Below are positions 35,463 through 48,160 of a stretch of DNA of 64,000 bases, piece by piece. The stretch's first letter is position 1. Every line of letters begins with the position of its first letter. This DNA is from Eledone cirrhosa (lineage: Eukaryota), in assembly GCA_964016885.1 (NCBI GenBank), contig OZ024747.1, forward strand, positions 48,484,001-48,548,000, written 5' to 3'. A program made the translations under genes and the position numbers. The notes beneath the pieces were generated by a model that saw nothing but the letters and a program-made list of their open reading frames with translations, made no database searches and was not told the DNA's origin.

Positions 35463-36359
35463 CGAGGTGTATCAGAAAAGTTCCAGGACTGATGTCACAA
35501 AAGATTTATTTCAAACCCAAACTTCACACTAAGAGTTTTCTCCTTCAAAGTAATCACCCCTGGAGTCTAATGCACTTTTTCATCCTTTTCTGCCACGCTT
35601 GCATGCACTCCTGGAAGGATTCTTCCGGGATTCTCCGCAGTTCCGTCGTCATGGCCTTTTAGATGTCGTCCACGTCTTCAAAACGGGTCCCCTCCGGGTC
35701 GTACTCGAAGATCTATGACTCATCACCGGTGATGACTGTCCCTAGCAAGTCTGGTTCGGTTTCAAATCTCTCGAGGATGTCCTGGCACACTTGCATGCGT
35801 CGACCGTTCTGGTCATTGTTCAGCAGTTTTGGCACCATCTTCGCGCAGACTTTCCGCATGTCCAAATCTTCAGTGAGAATCTTCCAGACGCTGTACCGAT
35901 TCATGCCCAGCTCATTTGCCATCAGTCGAACAATCAGCCGACGATCGCTACGCACCATCTGCCCGACGCGCTCAACGTTGACCTCAGTTCTGGTTGTTGA
36001 GGGCCTTCCGTTCCTGGGGTCATCTTCCACGTCCTCGCGTCCTTCTTTAAACCACTTGCACCACTCAAAAACACGTGAGCGTGACATCGTCTCATCTCCA
36101 TACACTTGCTGTAGCAATCCCAGTGCTTCTGACGGAGTTTTCAAGTTTGTTCGTTGCTCTGTGCTCATTGCTTTACCACCTGAGACAGAGGACATATATA
36201 TAAAATTATGAAGAAAAAAGTTTGATCGCTGCAGAGAGCTAAGATTACAGTTACATAATCCAGGGGGATTACTTTGAAGAAGAAAACTCTTAGTGTGAAG
36301 TTTGGGTTTGAAATAAATCTTTTGTGACATCAGTCCTGGAACTTTTCTGACACACCTCG
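35463..36359 (-). mobile_element. Internally deleted mariner transposon with about 100-bp inverted termini and TA duplication
   Basis: TA-CGAGGTGTATCAGAAAAGTTCCAGGACT ... AGTCCTGGAACTTTTCTGACACACCTCG-TA; HTH region SRSRVFEW..WFKEGR..GRP, CAKMVPKLL, ITGDES; most of the catalytic domain missing. Confidence 0.92.
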
Positions 36360-36390
<31 letters not shown>

Positions 36391-36514
36391 GTATGTGTGT
36401 ATATATGTGTCGTCTGCCTAATAAAACAGCGATATCATTTCAGTTATATAGTATTTTTGTATATTAGATTAGATATTGTCTTCCTGTTTCTTATACAACA
36501 ACTACAACGGTACG

Positions 36515-36695
36515 CGATGGGGCCCACCCACAGCCCCGGCGGACAGAATGGAGAAGGCGTTTCCCCAGAGGACGGCTAGGGAGACGCGCTGGAAAAGCCA
36601 CTCCAACCCGCGGGGCTCACACCTGCGGCTGGCCAGCTCAGCGCCTATGGTGGTGAGTAAGGAGGTAGCCCTGGAGCCGAGGACACCAGAAGTCT
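36515..36695 (-). mobile_element. CRE-like 3' end fragment
   Basis: Homologous to 32940-33090 and 60820-61010. Confidence 0.75.
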
Positions 36696-37104
36696 AAATT
36701 GTGGAATGGACTTGTGACTGTTTAGACAGAACGCACATGAGATTAATAGAGACATTCCTTAGAGAAAAACCAGTAATATACTGGAGACTATTGAGGCAAC
36801 TAGAACATTCTCTTTTGGCAGAGTCGCTAGAGCGTCAGATAAAAAAAAATCGTGGTATTTTCCGTCTCTGTAATCTGGGTTCAAACTCCATTGAGCTCAA
36901 CCTTGTATTCCACCCATTCTGTAATCTGGGTTCAAATCCCATTGAGCTCAAACTTGTCTTCTATCCTTTGAGGATTGATAAATCAAAGCGGCAGTCGAAG
37001 TGCGTTAGCTTGGCGGGATTGTTATAGTGCCAGGCGAGATGCTTTGAAGTTTGATGATATGTTTGGGATAGTCACGTCATTCCACGAACAAAGAGATACA
37101 GCAC

Positions 37105-37210
37105 TCTTCTTCTTCTTCTTCTTCTTCTTCTTCTTCTTCTTCTTCTTCTTCTTCTTCTTCTTCTTCTTCTTCTTCTTCTTCTTCTTCTTCTTCTTCTTCT
37201 TCTTCTTCTT
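37105..37210. repeat. (TTC)n tract, about 35 units, forming the 3' tail of Dong copy 4
   Basis: Continuous with the element end GAGACTCAAAGAA on the minus strand. Confidence 0.92.
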
Positions 37211-40200
37211 TGAGTCTCAGTCATTGATGTTAGTTAACTGGAAAGTTTGTTGAAGTGAATATCAAGCCAATACCTGCAGCCTCAGATATTCAGGACGTAT
37301 CGGAGGGTTCTTGCTGTTCCCAGCAAGCATGCCTTTTGAAGCGTTCCAAAAAGCGTGAAGGGGCCAATTTTCTTTAGCCATCCCTGGAAACCTTTTGAGA
37401 TAGTACCTAGTGCGCCTATGACAATCGGGACCACTTTGACTTCATGGCAGTTCCAAATCCTTTTTACCTCCCACTTTAAGTCCTGGTATCGGTTAATTTT
37501 CTCCCTCTCCTTCTCTTGCACTCTCGTATCGAATGGGTAGGCCACATCCACAATCAGGCACGATCTTTTTTCCTTGTCCAAAACCACCAGGTCAGGTCTA
37601 TTGTGTTCCAGTTTCTTGTCCGTCTGTATCCTAAAATCCCATAGCACCTTCACCTGATCGTTTTCTATCACCGACTCTAGCTTATGCTCATACCACTTCT
37701 CAGAATGTGGTAAATTGTTTACTTTGCATAGGTGCCAGTGGATCACCCTGCCCATCACATCATGTCTCCAGCCTTCATAGTGAGTTTGGGCTAGGTGTTT
37801 ACACTCGGATACAATGTGAGCCACAGTCTCCTCTCTCTCTCCACAGATCCTGTACAGTGGGCTCCTTGTAAATATGGTGTTTCAACCACTTCGTTTTGAG
37901 GGCCTGCTCTTGCGCAGCCATTAACATTCCTTCTGTAGCCTTTTTAAGGTCTCCTCTTTTCAACCAGTTCCATGTCTGTGGATCTCTGAATTCAGTTTTC
38001 TCAAAGAAGGTACTATGAAGGGATTTTTCCTGAAGGCTGCTCTTTCTCCTTGTTGATATTTCCTCCTTGGACATCCCCTGGTCTATTGTCCTCTCCTTCA
38101 GTACAATTCTGAGCATTGGCTCCTTACTATCAGTCACGTATTTGTGTAGGTTGTTTTTCTCCATCTGAACACAGTCCTCTATGCTGATAAGACCTCTTCC
38201 ACCTTCAGATCTCCTTAAGTAGAGTCTATCGACATCACTCCTCTTGTGGAACACGTTGTAGATAGTCAATAGCTTCCTAGTCTTCCTATCCATTTCTTTT
38301 TGTTCAGCAACATTCCATCTCAGAATTCCCGCACTGTACCTAATAATAGACACAGCTCGGGAATTTACTGCACTTATGGCATTCCTACTGTTCAGATGTG
38401 ACTTTAATACGCTCCTTACTCTCCGAATGTATTCAGTTCTTATCAATTCCTTCATTTTTTTGTTCTTGATGTCATCAGCCTCCAGAACACCCAAATACTT
38501 GTATCCTTCTTCAGTGTCAATTTCCTTTATCATCTCACCTGTTGGTACCTGGATTCCGTTACTTCTGCTCAATTTACCCCTCTTCATCACAAGGACTCCA
38601 CACTTACTAATACCAAATTGCATACATATATCATTGCTGAAAATACGGACAGTGTCAACAAGCACATCCAACTCCTTCTCACTCTTCCCGAAGAGCTTAA
38701 GATCGTCCATGAAGAGGAGGTGATTGATGGTAAGCTCTCCCTTTCCCAACTTGTATCCTGCTCTCACCTTTCGCAGTATAATGGTCAGGGGTATCAGGGC
38801 AAGGACAAACAACAGAGGGGACAGACTATCTCCCTGGAAGATACCTCTCTTGATCTTCACGCCTCCCAAGGATTCTCCAGCTGATGTTAACTTTGTTTCC
38901 CAGGACTTCATACTTTTGCCCAACAACTGTCTGATGTTATCTGCCACCTTGAAGATCTCTAGGCTTTTGGTGATCCAAGAATGAGGCACCATGTCAAATG
39001 CCTTTCTGTAGTCTATCCATCCCATGGCAAGACCAGTGTGTCTCCTCTTGCAATTCCTCATTACCATCTTATCAATAAGTAACTGGTCCTTTGTACCACG
39101 GGACTTCTTTCGGCATCTTTTCTGTTCGTCCGGTAACAAGTTGTTTGTGTGGAGGTGATGGTAGATTTCCTCAGACATAATGCTTGTCAACAGTTTCCAC
39201 ATTACGGACAGACATGTGATAGGTCTATAGTTGGTAACATCATTACCCTTGATACGGTCTTTCATTATCAGAACTGTGGTACCTTTTGTCAACCACTCTG
39301 GTACCTCACCTGACATCAAGCAGTCATTGAACATGGTTGTCAGTTTCGGGTGGAGGGATGTTATATTTTTAATCCAATACCCCTGCACACCATCTGGGCC
39401 TGGTGATTTCCAGTTGGTTAGTTTTTTGGCCTTACCTTAAGAGTTTTAACTGTGATACTCAAATCAGTTTGTTGGTGTGCCTGTTCACTAATCTCCTTCT
39501 GTACTGTCTCAATTCACACTGCCTGGTCATTATGTTTAACATCCTGCTCCCATATTCCTCTACAGAGTGTTTTAGTTTGTTCCGCCTCAGGGATCAAGTC
39601 GTTGCCTCTTTCTTTCCCTTCAAGCTGTCCAAACAGCATCTTCTGGTTGTTGTCAAACATGCGGTTCTGTCTATACTGACTGACTCTGCTCTCGTATCGC
39701 CTAATTTTTGCACTCTTTGCTACAATGCGTTGCTTCAGTTCCTCTATGATAATATTTAACTTTTTCCTCCTAGTTTTGTACTTTATTTCCAGTCTATTTT
39801 TAGTGTCTATGTTTTTTAGTGTCCCATTCAGTAGGGATTCAAGCTTTCCAATGTCATTTCTCATTTCCCTGATTTGACCACTCAGTCGTTTCTTCCACCA
39901 AGGCTCTGATCTTTCTTGTTTGTTGTTTCCTCTCGTTTGTATACCTAGTAATTTCCTCACTGTATTTGCTGTTACTTTGAGGATATTGTTATACTGGTGA
40001 AGGCTCCTCGCCTCAAGGTATGGGATGACTTTGTTTACCTTAGCTGTTGTTTTTTTTAACTTTTTCCTGTCTACAAATCTTAGGTTCATAGGTTTCCCAC
40101 TATCATTGTTCAATTCATCATCCACTAAGTTTAGGATATCAACCAAATCTTGACCTAGCCCGTCAGCATTTATTTCCTCAATGGCCGTATCTCTGTTCCA

Positions 40201-40596
40201 GGTATTATTTATTTCAGCATTCAGATCATTGTGTGCTTCGGATGGTTCCTCCGTTCTCTCAACCTCTTCACCTTCATTTCCCACTGGCTCGTTTGCCTGG
40301 CTGGCATACTCCACTCTCCATTCCCAAGCTAATCTCTCTGCTCAGTTCCTCCAGTTCCAGCTCGCTTATCCACCCATTAGTTCTTATTACCCGAGCCTGC
40401 CCGGCCAAATTTTGTTCATCTAATTTAAATAGACCAATCTCGTTCCAGATGTTATGCATCCGTCTCCTATAGCCTTTCTCCTTGGGGTTACTCTTCAGGT
40501 AACATTTCATGACAGTTCTATCCAATTCTTTCGTCCAGTTGGTTCTGGTCCCTTTCCTTCTTCTTCTTCCTCCGACACCAGCAGTATTTGGTTGAC

Positions 40597-40598
<2 letters not shown>
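37211..40598 (-). mobile_element. Longest Dong/R4-type element, copy 4 (N-terminal domain, RT, CCHC, RLE; two frameshifts and one stop)
   Basis: N-terminal WTKELDRTVMKCYLKSNPKEKGYRRRMHNIW, PWWKKRL, RQNRMFDNNQK, then RT and RLE as in other copies; (AAT)n at 40599-40683. Confidence 0.92.
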
Positions 40599-40683
<85 letters not shown>

Positions 40684-40684
<1 letters not shown>

Positions 40685-40900
40685 GGGCAGTATCGGTAGA
40701 GTGTCGGACAACATGCTTCGTGGCATATAGTTACGGCCCTATCCGTTGTGAGTTCAAATCCCATCGAGGTGATCTTTGTCTTTCATCCTTACGGGGTCAA
40801 TAAAATAAAGTTCCAGTACCGCACTGGGGTCGATTTAATTGACTTTCTCTCTTCCCTTCAAATTGCTGGCCTTGTGCCAAATGTAGAAAAAAGTATTATT
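40684..40900 (+). mobile_element. tRNA-derived SINE copy
   Basis: GGCAGTATCGGTAGAG...GAGTTCAAATCC...CTTTCATCCTTACGGGGTCAATAAAATAAAG. Confidence 0.78.
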
Positions 40901-41169
40901 ATTAACATTCGCGAAGAAAAAACAGTTTATCGACTATTTTCACCAACCCAAACTAACAATATATTCCCATATGGTAGAATTGGTGTGGCAGCAGAGAAAA
41001 TGCTCTATTTAAATTCCGCTGGTATCAACTTTCATTCTGATTAATTAAACAGTAGCATGTTGAGGAAACTAATGCCGCCTGTGGCCTATAATTAGAGAGT
41101 ATAGACAGTTAAAAAGTCAAATTAATTGGAATAGAAAAATCTTAACGTTTCAGACAGGAGCTTTCATCT

Positions 41170-41397
41170 GGGAGAGAGAGTGGTGGGCGAGAGAGAAGAG
41201 GAAAAAGAGAAAGAGGAAGGAGAAAGGAAGAAAGAAAGTACAAAGAGAGTGAGAGTGAGTGAGAGATAGATAGATAGATAGAGAGAGAGAGCAGGAAGAA
41301 AGAATGGGAGATGGAGGGAAAAGAGATAGAGGAGAGAAAAATAGAGATAGACGGAAGGAGATACAGAGAGAGGGAGAGGGGAGAAAGAGAGAGCAGG

Positions 41398-41478
<81 letters not shown>

Positions 41479-41500
41479 AAGGAGAAAGAAAAAGATAGTG
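41170..41500. repeat. Polypurine/(GA)n tract
   Basis: Direct reading. Confidence 0.9.
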
Positions 41501-41910
41501 GGAGCGAGAGAAGTTTTCGTATATATTTCTATGTGTCGGTAAAATGAGTACCCCTGAAATACTGGGTAGACAACCAAATATTCTCACCTCTTCCCCAAAT
41601 ATAGGCTGTGTTTATGTTGTATGGACTGATAACTCCTGATTAAATCGTTGGAGCCCATCTCCTCTCTAGTTCTGAACACAGCCGATTATTTCCAGAGAGA
41701 GAGAGAGAGGGAGGGAGAGAGAGAGAGTATGTTGAGAAATGAGAACGAGGTATAAAGGAAGAATCGACCCCAGTATTAAACTGGTACTTTTTTTTATAAA
41801 TATTATTTCTTCAGTTCTGAAACGCAAAATATAACTCAGCAGTAAACGCTCATGTAAATATACAAAATCATAGAAATCACAGAATGTCTAAATATATGTA
41901 TAAAATATCG

Positions 41911-42021
<111 letters not shown>

Positions 42022-42035
42022 ACACACACACAAGA

Positions 42036-42539
42036 TAGTTTTAAAATGATAATAATAACAAAGGTAAGTTATTTTACAAAATTCTTTCATTGTAGGGTTG
42101 ATCATATTGATATATTGACTGATCTATAGCAGTTAGAGAACTGTATACTATCAGGCATAATATATAGGTTTGATCATACCGTCTTCTTCGGAAACAATGA
42201 AGTTAGAATCTTTATTGGTAGTATTATAGTTTAGATATAAACGGGGTAGATATAAGAAGAGACATACCATACAAATATATATTCTAGATTATATAATTGT
42301 ATCGTATGTCTCTTCTTAAATCTACCCTGTTTATAATACTACCAATAAAGATTCTAACTTCATTGTTTCCGAAGAAGACGGTATGATCAACCTATGTATT
42401 ATGTCTGATAGTATACAGTTCTCTAACTGTTATAGATCAGTCAATATATCAATATGATCAACCCTCTGAAACGATCGTAAAACAATGAAATAATTTTGTA
42501 AAATAACTTGCCTTTGTTATTATTATCATTTTAAAACTA
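42036..42539. repeat. About 500-bp fold-back palindrome
   Basis: 42036-42275 is the reverse complement of 42297-42539 with small indels. Confidence 0.93.
42359..42489 (+). ncRNA. Variant type I hammerhead (CCGAAGA core, about 90-nt stem II, palindromic stem III)
   Basis: TTCATTGTTT CCGAAGA [AGA...long hairpin...TCT] GAAA CGATCG TA AAACAATGAA; 10-bp stem I; GUA site at 42477-42479. Confidence 0.7.
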
Positions 42540-42761
42540 ACATCTAATATATGTGACTCTATATCTGAAGGTTGAACTCAGCGAAACACGGAACTAATCT
42601 CTAGATCTCACTGAAATACTGGCTAGCGGATTACATTGAGTTCTAACTACGGTATAGACTCTACCACTATATATAACAGAACTGAGAGAGAGAGGTGTAA
42701 TTATAGTTGTGACTTCTAGGTTTGTAGGTTTATTCAGTCAGGGTTGAGCTAGAACTGAAGC

Positions 42762-43092
42762 ACAGCAGCAGCAGCAGCAGCAGCAACAACAACAACAACA
42801 ACAACAACAACAACTGCAGCAGCTACAACAACAACAACAACAGCAGCAGCAGCAACAACAACAACAACAACAACAAAAACAACAGCAACAGCAGCAGCAG
42901 CTACAACAACAACAACAGCTACAACAACAGCAGCTACAACAACAACAGCAGCAAACAATGTCATCAACAATAACAGCAGCAACAACAACAGCAACAACAA
43001 CAACAACAACACTAGCATCAATAACATCAACAACAACAACAACAACAACAACAACAAACAACGTCATCAACAACAGCAGCAGCAGCAGCAGC

Positions 43093-43168
<76 letters not shown>

Positions 43169-43578
43169 GCAGCAGCTACAACAACAACAACAACAGCTAC
43201 AACAACAGCAGCTACAACAACAACAGCAGCAAACAATGTCATCAACAATAACAGCAGCAACAACAACAGCAACAACAACAACAACAACAACACTAGCATC
43301 AATAACATCAACAACAGCAACAACAACAACAACAAACAACGTCATCAACAACAACAGCAACAACAACAACAACAAACAACGTCATCAACAATAACAGCAG
43401 CAACAACGGCAGCAATAACAGCAGCACAACAGCAGCAGCAACAACAACAGCAACAATACTAGCATCAATAACATCAACATCAACAACAACAACAACAGCA
43501 TCAACAACAACAACAACAAACAACGTCGTCAACAATAACAGCAACAACAACAGCAACAACAATAACACTAGCATCAAT

Positions 43579-43643
<65 letters not shown>

Positions 43644-43888
43644 ACAAACAACGTCGTCAACAATAACAGCAACAACAACAGCAACAACAACAACACTAGC
43701 ATCAATAACATCAACAACAACAACAACATCAACAAACAACATCAACAACAACAACAACAACAAACAACGTCGTCAACAATAACAGCAGCAACAACAACAG
43801 CAACAACAATAACACTAGCATCAATAACAACAACAACAACAACAACAACAAACAACGTCGTCAACAATAACAGCAGCAACAACAGCCG

Positions 43889-43926
<38 letters not shown>

Positions 43927-44070
43927 ACAACAAACAACGTCATCAACAATAACAGCAACAACAACAGCCGCAACAACAACAGCAACAACAATAACACTAG
44001 CATCAATAACAACAACAACAACAACAACAACAAACAACGTCGTCAACAATAACAGCAGCAACAACAGCCG

Positions 44071-44108
<38 letters not shown>

Positions 44109-44285
44109 ACAACAAACAACGTCATCAACAATAACAGCAACAACAACAGCCGCAACAACAACAGCAACAACAATAACACTAGCATCAATAACAACAACAA
44201 CAACAACAACAACAACAAACAACGTCATCAACAATAACAGCAACAACAACAGCCGCAACAACAATTCCACTAGCATCAATAACAT

Positions 44286-44317
<32 letters not shown>

Positions 44318-44338
44318 ACAGCAGCAGCAACAACAACC
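42762..44338. repeat. Cryptic (CAA/CAG)n satellite with higher-order units
   Basis: Recurring anchors ACACTAGCATCAATAAC and AAACAACGTC(A/G)TCAACAATAACAGC within CAA runs. Confidence 0.92.
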
Positions 44339-44764
44339 GCTACACACACACAGATATATAAATATCAATAAACACACACACACACAAACTGCGCATAATC
44401 ACACATAACACAGATAACGCTTCTAAATACATTGATGTACACAACCATCTTTTAAAAAAAGTTTCAAATCTGTGCTCCACCCTTTGGTTCCACACACATA
44501 CACACACAATGTATATATATATTGACATGTATGTGTATACATACTCACACATATATATTTATTACTTGTATGTGTACACGCTCACACATATATATGTAAG
44601 TGTATGCGCGCGTGTGTGTATGTGTGTATATGCAAGGCGGGTACAGAGTACATTTCTTTCAATCAAGTTACGCTCCACTCAGTGAACACAATCATACTAA
44701 GTGTTGTATGGAAGGGGGAGAACTAGGCCAGACATACATATACGTGTATATATACCTTGGGTAC

Positions 44765-45080
44765 GTTGGACCTTCGTCGGTTTCGATGAAGAGTGTTCCA
44801 GTTATTTGAAAAAAAAAACAAAAAAAAAAAACGGTGGAGTCTACACATGAAATTAACGTGCATTCCACAGACACGTGTACCCATAACGTAGTTCCCAGGG
44901 AGATTCAGCGAGCTAGAAGGTAACAAGACTGTCCCTTTTGTATTACAGTTACAACTCATTTTTGCCAACTGAACAAGACATAAAGTGTCTTGTTCAAGTA
45001 GAAAAGACGCTGCTGGGAATCGAACTGACGACCTTACCATTGTGAATGGAACAACCTAATCACTAAGCCACGTGCCTTCA
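44765..45080 (-). mobile_element. tRNA-derived SINE, second family
   Basis: Minus GGCACGTGGCTTAGTGATTAGG (A box), GTTCGATTCC (B box), TTGAACAAGACACTTT; tail motif also at 14380-14422 and 47235-47275. Confidence 0.7.
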
Positions 45081-45272
45081 CACACACACACACACAGACA
45101 CACACATATATATATATATACAATCCCACACACACACACACACACACATACGCACGTCCTATGACAGAAATACCTGTGATACACTGTGATAGTTCTAGGC
45201 AGGTTTAATAAGTCGTTATTTAGCCCTAGGTCAGTAATGATCGACCATCTTCATTGATCAGAGATATTCCAG

Positions 45273-45618
45273 ATGGTGGGGGTAGTAGTAGTGGTGGTGA
45301 ATGTGGTAGTGGTGGTGGTGGTGGTGGTAGTGATAGTGGTAGTGATGGTGATGATGGTGGTGGTATGTGGTAGTGGTGGTGATAGTGGTAGTGGTGGTAA
45401 TGGGGGTGGTAATGATGATAGCGGTGGTGGTGGTGATGGTGGTGGTAGTGATGGTGATGATCGTGGTGGTGGTAGTGCTGGTGGTGGTGGTGGTGGTGGT
45501 GGTGATGATGGGGTGGTGGTGGTGGTGATGATGGGGTGGTGGTGGTGGTGGTGATGAATGCTGATGATGGTGGTGTTGGTGATGATGGTGATGGAGGTGG
45601 TGGTGATGATGATGGTGG

Positions 45619-45649
<31 letters not shown>

Positions 45650-47220
45650 GGTGATTGTGGTGATGGTGATGGCGATGAAGATGATGACGGTGATGATGAT
45701 GATAGTGGTGGTGGTGATGTGATGGTGATGGTGTTGATGATGGGGGGGGGGGTAGTGTTGGTGATTTGATGGCGATGATGATGGTGGTGGTGATGGTGGT
45801 GGTGATGGTGTTGATGATGGGGGGGGGTAGTGTTGGTGATTTGATGGCGATGATGATGGTGGTGGTGATGGTGGTGGTGGCAATGATGGGTGTGGTGGTA
45901 ATAGTGGTGGTGGTGGGAGGGGGTGGGTGGGTGGGTGACCTGTGTACATCCAAGGTGGGTACACAGTACAATCCTTTCAATCAAGTTTCGCTTCACTCAC
46001 TGAACACAATTATTAAAAGAATAGTGGTGGTGGCAGTGGTGGTAGTAGTAGTGGCGGTGGCGGTGGTAGTGGTGGTAGTAGTAGTGGCGGTGGTGGTGGC
46101 AGTGGTGGTGGTGGTGGTGGCGGCGGTGGTGGTGATGGTTGTGATGATTAGTGTGGTAGTGGTGGTGATGGTGGTAGTGGTGGTGGTGGTGGTGGTAGTG
46201 GTGGTGGTGGCGGTGGTAGTGGTGGTGGTGGTGGTGGCGGCGGTGGTGGTGATGGTTGTGATGATTAGTGTGGTAGTGGTGGTGATGGTGGTGGTGGTAG
46301 TGGTGGTGGTAGTGGTGGTGGTGGTGGTAGTGGTGGTGGTGGCGGTGGTAGTGGTGGTGGTGGCGGTGGTGGTGATGGTTGTGATGATGAGTGTGGTAGT
46401 GGTGGTGGTGGTGGTAGTAGTGGTAGTGGCGGCGGTAGTGGTAGTAGTGGTGGTGGTGGTGGCGGTGGTAGTGGTGGTGGTGGTGGTGGCGGTGGTATGG
46501 TGGTGGTGGTGGTGGCGGTGGTGGTGATGGTTATGATGATGAGTGTGGTAGTGGTGGTGGTGGCTGTTGTGGTGGTAGTAGTGGTAGTGGTGGCGGTGGT
46601 GGTGGTGGTAGTAGTGGTGGTGATGGCGGTGGTAGTGGTAGTAGTGGTGGTGGCGGTGGTGGTGATGGTTGTAATGATTAGTGTGGTAGTGGTGATGGTG
46701 GTGGTGGTGGTGGTAGTAGTGCTAGTGGCGGTGGTAGTGGTGGTTGTGATGATGAATGTGGTAGTGGTGTTGGTGGTGGTAGTAGTGGTGGTGGCGGTGG
46801 TGGTGGTGGTAGTAGTGGTAGTGGCGATGGTGGTGATGGTTGTGATGATGAGTGTGGTAGTAGTGGTAGTGGCGGTGGTGGTGGTGGTAGTAGTGGTAGT
46901 GGCGATGGTGGTGATGGTTGTGATGATGAGTGTGGTAGTAGTGGTAGTGGCGGTGGTGGTGGTGGTAGTAGTGGTAGTGGCGGTGGTGGTGATGGTTGTG
47001 ATGATGAGTGTGGTAGTGGTGGTGGTGGTGGTGGTGGTGGTGGTAGTAGTGGTGGTGGCGATGGTGGTGATGGTTGTGATGATGAGTGTGGTAGTGGTGG
47101 TGGTGGTGGTGGTGGTGGTGGTAGTGGTAGTGGCGGTGGTGGTGATGGTTGTGATGATGAGTGTGGTAGTGGTGGTGGTGGTGGTGGTGGTGGTAGTGGT
47201 AGTGGCGGTGGTAGTGGTGA
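45273..47220. repeat. Cryptic (GGT/GAT/AGT)n satellite with recurring GTGATGGTTGTGATGATGAGTGTGGTAG anchor
   Basis: Direct reading; short non-satellite island at 45940-46020 homologous to 44630-44692. Confidence 0.92.
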
Positions 47221-47579
47221 CTGTTTCGTTGATCACATAACTGGAACACTCATCATCGAAATCGACGGACGTCCATTTTATTCCCCCTCAACCGTTTCCC
47301 CTTTAATTTCATGGGTAGACATTAGGTTGAACAGCTCACTGTTCATCGTCCTAAGTCTATCCTCGGACTATATTTACAACGTAAATCTTTACATAAGTGT
47401 GTATGTGTGTTCACATACACACATACACACTTATACATGCACACCCGCTTTTAAGAATATATACATATATTATTTAAATACATACATGTGCATACACACG
47501 CATACGTACGTACGCACGCACATACATACATACATGCATACATACATACATGCATGGTGGCTGCCAACTCGTTTTCGAG

Positions 47580-48160
47580 TACGGCCACTACTTTATATCC
47601 ATGTAGGAGAACCCCTACCGATGCGCTGAACGAGTGAGGCTTTTTAGTCTCAGCCAGCGACTTGAAAACTCTGGTACAAACACTACACTTGTGACAATTA
47701 TTGACACATAGTGCTGGGCCCACGGTACCATGTGACGACAAGTGCAGAGAGATCTCCAGATATGAAGCAATGCCTGTGCCGTGAAGCTTTTATAGTGAGC
47801 AAAGGCACTGCACAAAGCCAGTCCCACTCTCTTAACCAAGATGATATTTACCAAAAAGAAGAACAAGTCAACATCATTGGATACCATCAGGGTTGCAGGT
47901 GTTATATCAGAGTTTTCCTTCTCCTAGAATTCTGCCTTGACAAAGGCTAAGGGGTCATCTCTCCCGGTGATTTTGGTGACATTGACTCTTAAGAGTTCCT
48001 TTGCCCTTTGACAGGTTTTGTTTTTAGTCCTGCAGGATGTCCAAAGTCACCCTCCTCACCAAGAAACCTTGGTGGGGTTGCCAGTTTAGTCGCCAACGAC
48101 CCGACCATGAGACAGGTTGTACTGGGATACATGTTACCAGTAGCACCAACTGGTGACCTG
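47580..48160 (-). mobile_element. Probable RTE-type 5' UTR / derived non-autonomous element
   Basis: Minus TTAGCCTTTGTCAAGGCAG..CTAGGAGAAGGAAAACTCTGA motif, which I recognise from RTE leaders; related copy at about 12115-12175. Confidence 0.45.

Noticed and set aside
41588-41671. Possible 84-nt minus-strand exon (CAG...GTGAG)
   Set aside because: Weak polypyrimidine tract, no recognisable peptide, embedded among repeats.
42738-47249. Poly-L/V/T/H/P ORFs resembling mucin or extensin
   Set aside because: Open in many frames on both strands because of trinucleotide satellites; no splice or domain support.
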